This document shows positions 16,552 through 24,720 of a DNA stretch of 64,000 bases, one piece after another (the stretch's first letter is position 1; every line of letters begins with the position of its first letter). Below the pieces are notes generated by a model. The model was given only the letters and a program-made list of their open reading frames with translations, searched no databases and was not told the DNA's origin. A program made the translations under genes and the position numbers. The stretch is from an uncultured Faecalibacterium sp. (GTDB lineage Bacteria > Bacillota > Clostridia > Oscillospirales > Acutalibacteraceae): assembly GCA_964403085.1 (NCBI GenBank), contig CAYOEN010000002.1:7715-71714 (forward strand), read 5' to 3'.

Positions 16552-18486
16552 ATGAAAAAATTAGTTTCGCTCATTCTTTGCCTTGCGTTAATATTTTCAC
16601 TCGGGAACGTTGTCTCGGCAAAGTTCGATAAGGATGATTACAACGGATATCCGGTAGTAGTTGTTGCCGGTTATAGCTCTTCTGCTATGTACAGACTTGA
16701 CAGCAACGGAGAAAAAATCCATGTTTGGGGCGTTGATTTCGACGAGATAATTGCCGCTCTTTTCAAAAACATCGTTGAAGTCGGTATCGACATCGGCGCA
16801 TTGGCAACGGGAAACGGGAAAGCACTCGGTGAAACAGTCGGCAGAGAGTTTGTGAAGCTCTATTATGATATGGCCTGCAATCCAGACGGTTCGAGCGTTT
16901 ATCAGCTTGAACGATACTGCGTTACTGCCGAAGAAAGCAATCGCGCTTTGATGCTTGAAAAATATGACGGAGACCTTATTTATCAGCATGAAACGGAAAT
17001 AATGGGCGAATATGCCGAATACATCGGTGACGAAAACATTTATAACTTCAATTGCGATTTCAGAATGGGTGCTGTATTCTGCGCGCAGCAGCTCGATGAA
17101 TTCATTCAATCGGTAAAAGAGCACTCGGGAAAAGATAAGGTCAACATTTTTGCCGTCTCGCACGGAGGTCAGGTCACCGGTACATATCTGACTCTTTACG
17201 GCGAAAAAGGCGATGTTGAAAATGCCGTTATGACCGTTCCCGCTCTTGGAGGTGCCGGTCTTGCGTATAACATTCTTGCGGATAATATCGAATTTGACGA
17301 AGAGGGTCTTGTTCGTTTTGTTGAACACGGAATGATGGCCGAAACCGATTACAATTGGCTTGTTCGCGCAAACGAACTCGGTTTTCTTGATGAGGTGCTC
17401 AATGCGCTGGCACCTTATGCGAGACAGATTCTCGGTTATTGGGGCAGCATTTGGGATTTCTGTCCGACAGAGTATTATGAAGAAATGAAAGAAAAGTTGC
17501 TTGATCCTGTTGAAAGCGCCGAACTCATCGAAAAAAGCGACTATATGCATTATAATGTTATGACCGATTTTTCAAACGGCTTCAAGCGTGCTCAACAGGT
17601 AGGCACCGATGTCTATATTGTTGCCGGTTATGATAATAAAATCGTTACCGGTTTGAACGAAAGCTCGGATGGTATTATCACAATTGCCGCTTCAACAGGT
17701 GCAACAGCCGCTCCTCTCGGGAAGCGTTTTGCCGATGGTTATACGCAAATAAACGACACAGGCTTTTATCAGGTTTCTCCGTCGATGACTGTGGACGCTT
17801 CGACGTCTTATTTGCCGAACCACACTTGGTTTGTTGAAAACTTTTATCACGGAATGATATATAAAGATCCATACACCGCCGAACTGTTAAAAACATTACT
17901 CCTGACTGAAAAAATTGATGATGTTCATTCATCGTCTCTGTATCCGCAGTTTCACGCAACAACCAATAAATCACACTCTGTCCACGCAATGTTCAACAGC
18001 AGCACCGAAGGCTACCTTTCTTCAAAAGACAGTGCGTTAGTGGTTCAGAATCTTTCGGAAAAATATAAGATGAAAATAACCGCAATCACCGTAAGGGGAA
18101 TGGACCTTGAGTTTCCTTCTTCGATTTTCACTGAACTTATCGAGCCGGGAGAAAGCATTGAAATTAAATACAGCGGCGATATTCCCAAGATTTCTCTTGC
18201 AAATTTTGAACTCGTGGTTGATTATGCACTTATCGGAAGCGTTACACCGCTTGGCGAAAGAATATTTGATTTCACTTTGATGAACGGCGAAAACGTTGTC
18301 TTTGACGAATCAACGCCACTTGTTTCAGCGAGCTTTGTCGGTGATTTTGACTCCCTGCTCGACGAAGAAAGCAACAATATTCTCAACCAAACCGGAAGCA
18401 AAAGCTTTTTTGAAATGCTTTATAACGTTGTCTATCCGATAGTGAAATGGATAGCACAGCTCGTTGAAATGTTTAAAAATCTTTGA
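16552..18486 (+). CDS. secreted alpha/beta-hydrolase (lipase/esterase-like)
   Basis: ATG 16552 follows GGAGG. Signal peptide MKKLVSLILCLALIFSLGNVVSA and nucleophile-elbow-like AVSHGG (AxSxG). A large C-terminal beta-rich region ends in an amphipathic tail. Confidence 0.65.
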   Translation: MKKLVSLILCLALIFSLGNVVSAKFDKDDYNGYPVVVVAGYSSSAMYRLDSNGEKIHVWGVDFDEIIAALFKNIVEVGIDIGALATGNGKALGETVGREFVKLYYDMACNPDGSSVYQLERYCVTAEESNRALMLEKYDGDLIYQHETEIMGEYAEYIGDENIYNFNCDFRMGAVFCAQQLDEFIQSVKEHSGKDKVNIFAVSHGGQVTGTYLTLYGEKGDVENAVMTVPALGGAGLAYNILADNIEFDEEGLVRFVEHGMMAETDYNWLVRANELGFLDEVLNALAPYARQILGYWGSIWDFCPTEYYEEMKEKLLDPVESAELIEKSDYMHYNVMTDFSNGFKRAQQVGTDVYIVAGYDNKIVTGLNESSDGIITIAASTGATAAPLGKRFADGYTQINDTGFYQVSPSMTVDASTSYLPNHTWFVENFYHGMIYKDPYTAELLKTLLLTEKIDDVHSSSLYPQFHATTNKSHSVHAMFNSSTEGYLSSKDSALVVQNLSEKYKMKITAITVRGMDLEFPSSIFTELIEPGESIEIKYSGDIPKISLANFELVVDYALIGSVTPLGERIFDFTLMNGENVVFDESTPLVSASFVGDFDSLLDEESNNILNQTGSKSFFEMLYNVVYPIVKWIAQLVEMFKNL

Positions 18487-18572
18487 CAAGCGTTTTTCTG
18501 TTGATTTAAACTTCCGGATATGTTAATATATCAGATGAAAAAAACATTCAGTTGAAAAAGGAGAACTTAAAA

Positions 18573-19364
18573 ATGATAAACAACAAAACTATCGTTTTGA
18601 CCGGCTGTAACAGCGGAATCGGACTTGAGGTTTTGCGCCTGCTCGTTCAGGGAAACAACCGCATTCTTGCTGTTGACAAAAACATTGATCGACTTGACGG
18701 TTTTGACAAAAGAAAAGTTATACCGATGCAAATTGACGTATCTTCTCAGGAAGCTGTTGACATGATATTCGATACCGCTGTTGAAAAGCTCGGCTCTATT
18801 GATATTTTTTATGCCAACGCAGGATATCCCTATTATGAAGAGATGAACTATGTTGACTGGAACCGTGTTTCGGCAATGTTTGAAACCAACGTCTTTTCAC
18901 CGATTTATTCCTATCAGAAGTATGTTCAGTATTTGAACGGCAAAAACGGAATTTTTGCAATAACAGTTTCCGCCATCGGAAAAATGGCAATGCCGGGCTT
19001 CACAGTTTACTCCGCTTCGAAGTTTGCAGTGCAGGGATTCCAGCAGGGGATAAGGCTCGAAAAGCCGAAAAACGTTCAGCTCACCTGTCTTTATCCCGTT
19101 GCAACAGACACGGGCTTTTTCAAAGCTGCCAATGAGATTGAGTTTAAAAAACCCTTCCCCGTGCAGCAGCCGACTCTGGTCGCAAAAAAAATGGTTGAAG
19201 GCATTGAAAAAGGAAAAGACACAGTAAGCCCCTGCCTTCTTTTTGGTTTTGCTGAGCAACTTATGAAATTTGCTCCCTTCGTCAGAAATATATACTGGGG
19301 TCTTGAAAAAAGAAAGTTCAACGAATTTAAGGAAAACGTTAAAAAGCTTAAAGGCAACAAGTGA
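18573..19364 (+). CDS. SDR family oxidoreductase
   Basis: TGCNSGIG dinucleotide motif and catalytic YSASK. ATG 18573 follows AAGGAG. Confidence 0.85.
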   Translation: MINNKTIVLTGCNSGIGLEVLRLLVQGNNRILAVDKNIDRLDGFDKRKVIPMQIDVSSQEAVDMIFDTAVEKLGSIDIFYANAGYPYYEEMNYVDWNRVSAMFETNVFSPIYSYQKYVQYLNGKNGIFAITVSAIGKMAMPGFTVYSASKFAVQGFQQGIRLEKPKNVQLTCLYPVATDTGFFKAANEIEFKKPFPVQQPTLVAKKMVEGIEKGKDTVSPCLLFGFAEQLMKFAPFVRNIYWGLEKRKFNEFKENVKKLKGNK

Positions 19365-19372
19365 GGTTAAAC

Positions 19373-21442
19373 ATGGGATATAAAATTTTGTCAAGCCCAA
19401 TGATGATTGGCAATGTCGAAATTAAAAATCGCGTTGTCTTGCCACCGATGCTTATGGGCTTCGGTCAATTCAACGGCAAGCCGACGGAACAGATGATGGA
19501 CTATTATGAAGAACGCGCAAAAGGCGGCGCAGGTCTTATAATGACAGAAATAACGAGAGTGAACGATCAGACCGGTTCGGCGGCGTTCGCTCAGCTGGCT
19601 GTCAGCCATGATTACCACATTGCGCCTCTCGCCGAACTTGCAAAACGCGTTCAACGCCACGGAGCAAAGTTTTTCGTCCAGCTTCATCACCCCGGAAGGC
19701 AAAACGTCGGACTTCTTGTCGGAACTGTTCCTCTTTCAATCAAAGCGCAGGAAATCACAAAAGGCGCTTACGGAAAGCTTCTTTATAAGCTCACGCCCGC
19801 TGTCGGACCGTTGCTTTTAAACCACAACATTGTTCCGTCTTCCGTTGCGCCCTCAAAATGTGATCCCGCTTATTTTGCGGGCGGAAGGGTAAGAGCGCTT
19901 CGCTATGAAGAAATCAAACAACTCGAAAAGCAATTCGTTGACGGCGCAGTTCGCGTTTTCAAAGCCGGTTGTGACGGTGTTGAGTTGCATTGCGCTCACG
20001 GATATCTTCTTCAACAGTTCCTCAGTCCGGTGACAAACAATCGAACCGATGAATACGGTGGTTCTCTCGAAAACAGAATGCGCTTTATTCTCAATATTAT
20101 CAACGGCATTAAAACAGAATGCGGAAAGAACTTTCCGATAATCGTTCGTCTTTCAGCCGATGAGTGCTACTCGATGATCGGTCAGCCCGAGAAAGGCTAC
20201 GATTTGAAAACGGGTGTTGAAATTGCAAAACGTCTCGAAAAAGCCGGTGTTGACGCCATTGATGTTTCTTCTGCCGGTTATGACACTTTCAATTATTGGC
20301 TTGAGCCCGTTTCGTTTGAACCCGGTTGGCGAAAATATATGGCGAAAGCAATCAAGGACGCCGTCTCCATTCCTGTTCTCGCCGCGAACCTGATTCGCTC
20401 GCCAGAGCAGGCCGAACAACAGCTTCAAGAAGGAATTCAGGACTTTGTCTGTCTTGGCAGACCGCAAATTGCCGATCCTTATTGGACCGAAAAAGCTCTC
20501 TCGGGAAAAACCATAAGGCGCTGCATATGCTGCCTGAATTGCATCCAATCGATGCAGGATAACGCATATATCGGTTCCCATGGCGAATGCTCCGTAAATC
20601 CGTTTGTCGGTCACGAAAAGGAAAAGCTTGTCAAAAACGGAAACAATCTTAAAGTTCTTGTTGCCGGTGCCGGTCCTGCCGGTCTCACAGCAGCCGACAT
20701 TCTCGCTCGCAGAGGCTTTGATGTCACCGTTTACGAAAAGAGCAACGAACCCGGTGGTCAGCTTAAACTGGCGTGTGTTCCACCGAAAAAAGATAAAACT
20801 GCCTGGTTCACCGAGGATGCGTATAAAATCTGCTGTGAGGATTCGGTTAAATTTGTCTTCAACACACCGTTGACCGCAGAACTCGTTAAAAACGAAAAGC
20901 CGTACGCGGTTATCCTTGCTGTCGGCAGCGAACCGATAAAACCGATGTTCCCCGGCAATTACGCTGAAAATACGGTCTATACTTTCGAAGATGTTCTCGG
21001 CAAAAAGGTTGAACTTAATAATTGCAGCGTTGCGGTTATTGGTTCCGGTCTTACCGGCCTTGAAACAGCTGAGTATCTTTCAGCGAATGGCTGTCACGTC
21101 ACTGTTGTCGAGATGGCACCGCAGCTTGCTCCGGGAACATGGATGCAACACAAAGATGATATTTTGCCGAAACTGGAAAAGGCAGGAACCGAATTCAAGG
21201 TCGGCGAAAGACTTTGCGAAATTGAAAACGGCTGCATCGTTACCGAAAACACAAAAACAAAAGCAAGAACCAGAATCAAATGCGAAAAGGTCGTTCTTGC
21301 GCTCGGCTCAAAACCGAACGCAGAACTTGAAGCGGCTCTTCGCGGAACGGATGTCAGGGTCATGAGCGTCGGAGATTGCGTTCGCGCAGGTAATATAGCA
21401 GCAGCGACAAAAGCCGCTTTTGCTGTTGCAACAGCTCTTTGA
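19373..21442 (+). CDS. NADH:flavin oxidoreductase, OYE barrel + FAD/NAD(P) domain (2-enoate / 2,4-dienoyl-CoA reductase family)
   Basis: OYE motif HCAHGYLLQQFLSP, Cys cluster CICCLNC...C, and dinucleotide motifs GAGPAGL and GSGLTGLE. Confidence 0.85.
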   Translation: MGYKILSSPMMIGNVEIKNRVVLPPMLMGFGQFNGKPTEQMMDYYEERAKGGAGLIMTEITRVNDQTGSAAFAQLAVSHDYHIAPLAELAKRVQRHGAKFFVQLHHPGRQNVGLLVGTVPLSIKAQEITKGAYGKLLYKLTPAVGPLLLNHNIVPSSVAPSKCDPAYFAGGRVRALRYEEIKQLEKQFVDGAVRVFKAGCDGVELHCAHGYLLQQFLSPVTNNRTDEYGGSLENRMRFILNIINGIKTECGKNFPIIVRLSADECYSMIGQPEKGYDLKTGVEIAKRLEKAGVDAIDVSSAGYDTFNYWLEPVSFEPGWRKYMAKAIKDAVSIPVLAANLIRSPEQAEQQLQEGIQDFVCLGRPQIADPYWTEKALSGKTIRRCICCLNCIQSMQDNAYIGSHGECSVNPFVGHEKEKLVKNGNNLKVLVAGAGPAGLTAADILARRGFDVTVYEKSNEPGGQLKLACVPPKKDKTAWFTEDAYKICCEDSVKFVFNTPLTAELVKNEKPYAVILAVGSEPIKPMFPGNYAENTVYTFEDVLGKKVELNNCSVAVIGSGLTGLETAEYLSANGCHVTVVEMAPQLAPGTWMQHKDDILPKLEKAGTEFKVGERLCEIENGCIVTENTKTKARTRIKCEKVVLALGSKPNAELEAALRGTDVRVMSVGDCVRAGNIAAATKAAFAVATAL

Positions 21443-21466
21443 AAACGATAAAATTTCGTTTTATTC
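21442..21466 (+). terminator. short intrinsic terminator
   Basis: AAAACGA / TCGTTTT hairpin directly after the stop codon, followed by a T-rich tail. Confidence 0.5.
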
Positions 21467-21476
21467 ACGCCTTTTG

Positions 21477-21505
21477 TTGACATAAACTGTGCATTGTGGT
21501 AAAAT
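21477..21505 (+). promoter_or_regulatory. guaB promoter
   Basis: TTGACA (21477-21482), 17-nt spacer, TAAAAT with upstream TG (TGGTAAAAT). Confidence 0.6.
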
Positions 21506-21549
21506 CCTATAAATTAAGTAGCCGCTGACAGGTTTTTAACAGACGCTTT

Positions 21550-21606
21550 AAATGTCTTATACGATCTGTTAGGCTTTCGGGTCGTATGAGACATTTGTTT
21601 TGTTTG
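21550..21606 (+). promoter_or_regulatory. terminator-like hairpin in the guaB leader (candidate attenuator)
   Basis: 15-bp stem AAATGTCTTATACGA / TCGTATGAGACATTT followed by GTTTTGTTTG, located about 100 nt before the guaB ATG. Confidence 0.4.
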
Positions 21607-21707
21607 ATTAATTTTCAGTGACTACCTTTCGCCGCGCTTTACGGAACGCTTTTTGTTGTGAAGCTCGGCTATTTTAAAAATCAATTATAAAAATCAGGAG
21701 GAGAATT

Positions 21708-23213
21708 ATGGCAATTTTTATCAATGAACCGTCACATACCTTTGACGAATATCTTCTCATTCCGGGCTATTCATCCGACAAGTGTATCCCGGCTAACGTC
21801 AGCCTTAAAACGCCGCTTGTAAAGTTTAAAAGGGGTGAAGAGTCTGCCATAACTATGAATATACCTATGGTTTCCGCCATTATGCAGTCCGTTTCGGGCG
21901 ACAGGCTTGCGGTCGCCCTTGCAAAAGAGGGCGGCGTTTCGTTTATATATGGCTCTCAAAGCGTTGAAGACGAAGCCGCAATGGTTTCAAAAGCTAAGAA
22001 TCACAAGGCCGGCTTTGTTACGAGCGATTCAAATGTTTCTCTTTCCGCGACCCTTAGTGACATCATCGCTTTGAAAGCGAAAACCGGTCATTCAACCGTC
22101 GCTGTAACGGAAGATGGAACCGAAAACGGAAAGCTGCTTGGCATTGTTACCAGCCGCGATTACAGAGTCAGCCGCATGGATCCCGACACGCCCGTCAGTG
22201 AGTTCATGACTCCGTTTTCAAAGCTTGTTGTTGCCAAAGAAGGAACGAGCCTTAAAATTGCCAATGACATAATTTGGGATAACAAACTCAACTCTCTTCC
22301 GATCATTGATGAAAAACAAAATCTTTGCTATTTTGTTTTCAGAAAAGACTATGATTCCCACAAGCAAAACCCCAATGAGCTTCTCGACAACGAGAAACGT
22401 TATGTTGTCGGTGCCGGTATTAATACCCGTGACTACGCCGAGCGCGTTCCCGCTCTAATCGAAGCCGGAGCCGATGTGCTTTGTATCGACTCGTCCGAAG
22501 GTTTTTCCGAATGGCAGAAGCTTACGATTGCGTGGATAAGAGAGCATTACGGCGAAAGCGTCAAGGTTGGCGCGGGCAACGTTGTTGACGCCGACGGTTT
22601 TCGTTTTCTTGCCGATTGCGGAGCGGACTTCGTAAAAGTCGGAATCGGCGGCGGTTCAATTTGCATCACTCGCGAGACAAAGGGTATCGGCCGTGGACAG
22701 GCAACAGCCCTCATTGAGGTTTGCAAGGCTCGCGATGAATATTTTGAAGAAACCGGAGTTTACGTTCCTGTTTGTTCTGATGGCGGAATCGTTTATGACC
22801 ATCACATTACACTTGCTCTCGCCATGGGTGCGGACTTTGTTATGCTCGGCAGATATTTCGCTCGCTTCGATGAAAGTCCGACAAACAAAATCAGCATTGG
22901 CGGAACTTACATGAAGGAGTATTGGGGCGAAGGTTCTGCGCGCGCAAGAAACTGGCAGCGCTATGACCTTGGCGGCGACAAGAAGCTTTCGTTCGAAGAA
23001 GGCGTTGATTCTTATGTGCCGTACGCCGGAAGTCTTAAGGACAATGTTGCCCTTTCGCTTTCAAAGGTAAAATCTACCATGTGCAATTGCGGTGCACTTT
23101 CAATTCCGGAGCTTCAAAGCAAAGCAAAAATCACTCTCGTTTCCTCAACAAGTATTGTTGAGGGCGGAGCACATGACGTTGTTCAAAAAGATAAAACCGG
23201 CGTCATTAAATAA
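21708..23213 (+). CDS. guaB: IMP dehydrogenase
   Basis: Catalytic loop [12 protein letters not shown], an inserted CBS-pair region, 501 aa, and a strong RBS AGGAGG. Confidence 0.9.
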   Translation: MAIFINEPSHTFDEYLLIPGYSSDKCIPANVSLKTPLVKFKRGEESAITMNIPMVSAIMQSVSGDRLAVALAKEGGVSFIYGSQSVEDEAAMVSKAKNHKAGFVTSDSNVSLSATLSDIIALKAKTGHSTVAVTEDGTENGKLLGIVTSRDYRVSRMDPDTPVSEFMTPFSKLVVAKEGTSLKIANDIIWDNKLNSLPIIDEKQNLCYFVFRKDYDSHKQNPNELLDNEKRYVVGAGINTRDYAERVPALIEAGADVLCIDSSEGFSEWQKLTIAWIREHYGESVKVGAGNVVDADGFRFLADCGADFVKVGIGGGSICITRETKGIGRGQATALIEVCKARDEYFEETGVYVPVCSDGGIVYDHHITLALAMGADFVMLGRYFARFDESPTNKISIGGTYMKEYWGEGSARARNWQRYDLGGDKKLSFEEGVDSYVPYAGSLKDNVALSLSKVKSTMCNCGALSIPELQSKAKITLVSSTSIVEGGAHDVVQKDKTGVIK

Positions 23214-23222
23214 TTAATCTCT

Positions 23223-24110
23223 ATGAAAATTATAAACATCTTAAACGACGAAAAGCCGTCAATTTCTTTTGAGGTCTTTCCGCCGAAAAAAGAGTCGTCT
23301 TTCGCTTTGGTGAAAGATGCTGTTAAAAAAATCGCCGCCATAGGTCCTTCCTATATGAGCGTCACTTACGGCGCCGGCGGCGGTACAAGTAAATATACGC
23401 TTGACATTGCGAAAAGCATCAAAGAGCAGTACGGCGTCGAAACCGTCGAACATTTAACCTGCGTTTCTTCTTCAAGGGAAACGATTCTCAATCAGATTGA
23501 AGCAATAAAAGCCGGCGGCGTTGAAAACATTCTCGCGCTTCGCGGCGATATTCCCGAAGATATGCTTTCCTTCGACAGAAGCAATTGGAAATACAGTCAC
23601 GCCACTGAGCTCATTCGCGAGATAAAGAAAATATATCCCGAATCCTGTGTCGGAGCTGCCTGCTATCCTGAAATTCATCCCGAAAGCAAGAGCAGCAAAG
23701 AAGATATTTTCTACCTAAAAGAGAAAGTTCTTGTCGGTTGTGAATTTCTGACCACACAGATGTTTTTTGACAATTCGTTGCTTTACAGTTTTTTGTATCG
23801 CCTTCGAGAAGCCGGTGTTACCGTTCCCGTTGTCGCGGGTATAATGCCAATCACAAACGCCAATCAGGTTGAACGCGCAATAAAACTTTCCGGTTGTCAT
23901 ATGCCTCAAAGGTTTATAAGTCTTGTTGACCGATTCGGTTCAGATCAGAATGCCATGAAACAGGCCGGAATAGCCTATGCGACCGATCAGATAATTGATT
24001 TGTTTGCCAACGGAGTAAGTAATGTTCATGTCTACTCGATGAACAAGCCCGACGTTGCCGAAAAAATATATCGCAATCTTTCAGACATAATTGGTAAAGA
24101 ATATGAATAA
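23223..24110 (+). CDS. metF: methylenetetrahydrofolate reductase
   Basis: N-terminal SFEVFPPK motif and MTHFR TIM-barrel length (295 aa). Confidence 0.9.
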   Translation: MKIINILNDEKPSISFEVFPPKKESSFALVKDAVKKIAAIGPSYMSVTYGAGGGTSKYTLDIAKSIKEQYGVETVEHLTCVSSSRETILNQIEAIKAGGVENILALRGDIPEDMLSFDRSNWKYSHATELIREIKKIYPESCVGAACYPEIHPESKSSKEDIFYLKEKVLVGCEFLTTQMFFDNSLLYSFLYRLREAGVTVPVVAGIMPITNANQVERAIKLSGCHMPQRFISLVDRFGSDQNAMKQAGIAYATDQIIDLFANGVSNVHVYSMNKPDVAEKIYRNLSDIIGKEYE

Positions 24111-24705
24111 TATTGTGTTTAGGTCTTATACCGATATTCCGGTTAACCGCCGTGAAGTTTTCAGATATATGCATTGCGAAACACCGGATGAAACGATGAA
24201 CTTGCTTTTAAACGACTGCATTGAAGAGGCTGCCGGCGTTTTAAGTTATAAAACCTGCTTTTGTGAATTTCTTCTTTCGATTCAAGGCGATGAACTCAAT
24301 CTTGGCTTTTCGGTCGTAAAAAGCAAAGCGTTGTCAATCAATCTGAAAGGCTGTGAACGTGTCATACTTTTCGCCGCAACGATCGGTCATGACATGGATC
24401 GTCTCATAAAGAGAACTTCACTGCTTTCTCCTTCAAAGGCGGTTTGCTTTCAGGCTCTCGGCAGTGAACGAGTTGAAAGCTTGTGTGATACTTTAAACAG
24501 TGAATTAAAAGCAAAATATGGTGAGCTTGGCTATTCACTTAAACCACGCTTCAGTCCGGGATATGGCGACTTACCGCTTTTGCTTCAAAAAAGCATTATG
24601 CCGGTTCTTGATTGCAAAAAATTACTCGGAATTACTTTAATGGATAATCTTATGATGGCGCCGTCGAAATCTGTCACGGCGCTAATCGGCGTGTATAAAC
24701 GATAA
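24103..24705 (+). CDS. stand-alone methionine synthase activation (AdoMet-binding) domain protein
   Basis: About 200 aa. ATG 24103 overlaps the metF stop (ATGAATAA). Position directly before a MetH that lacks its activation domain. The family call is from context and general resemblance. Confidence 0.65.
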   Translation: MNNIVFRSYTDIPVNRREVFRYMHCETPDETMNLLLNDCIEEAAGVLSYKTCFCEFLLSIQGDELNLGFSVVKSKALSINLKGCERVILFAATIGHDMDRLIKRTSLLSPSKAVCFQALGSERVESLCDTLNSELKAKYGELGYSLKPRFSPGYGDLPLLLQKSIMPVLDCKKLLGITLMDNLMMAPSKSVTALIGVYKR

Positions 24706-24720
24706 GGCAGGTGAATACCT

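Noticed and set aside
16597-17550. 317-aa - strand ORF antisense to the lipase-like gene (likewise 10602-11345, 25261-25860 and 48698-49330 antisense to the MFS, metH and yajC genes)
   Set aside because: All lie entirely inside well-supported genes on the other strand, and they lack start-site signals and recognisable motifs.
21510-21707. Purine (guanine) or ykkC/PRPP-type riboswitch upstream of guaB
   Set aside because: I could not find the conserved purine-riboswitch junction/loop sequences or the ykkC core strings. It is kept only as a generic attenuator candidate.
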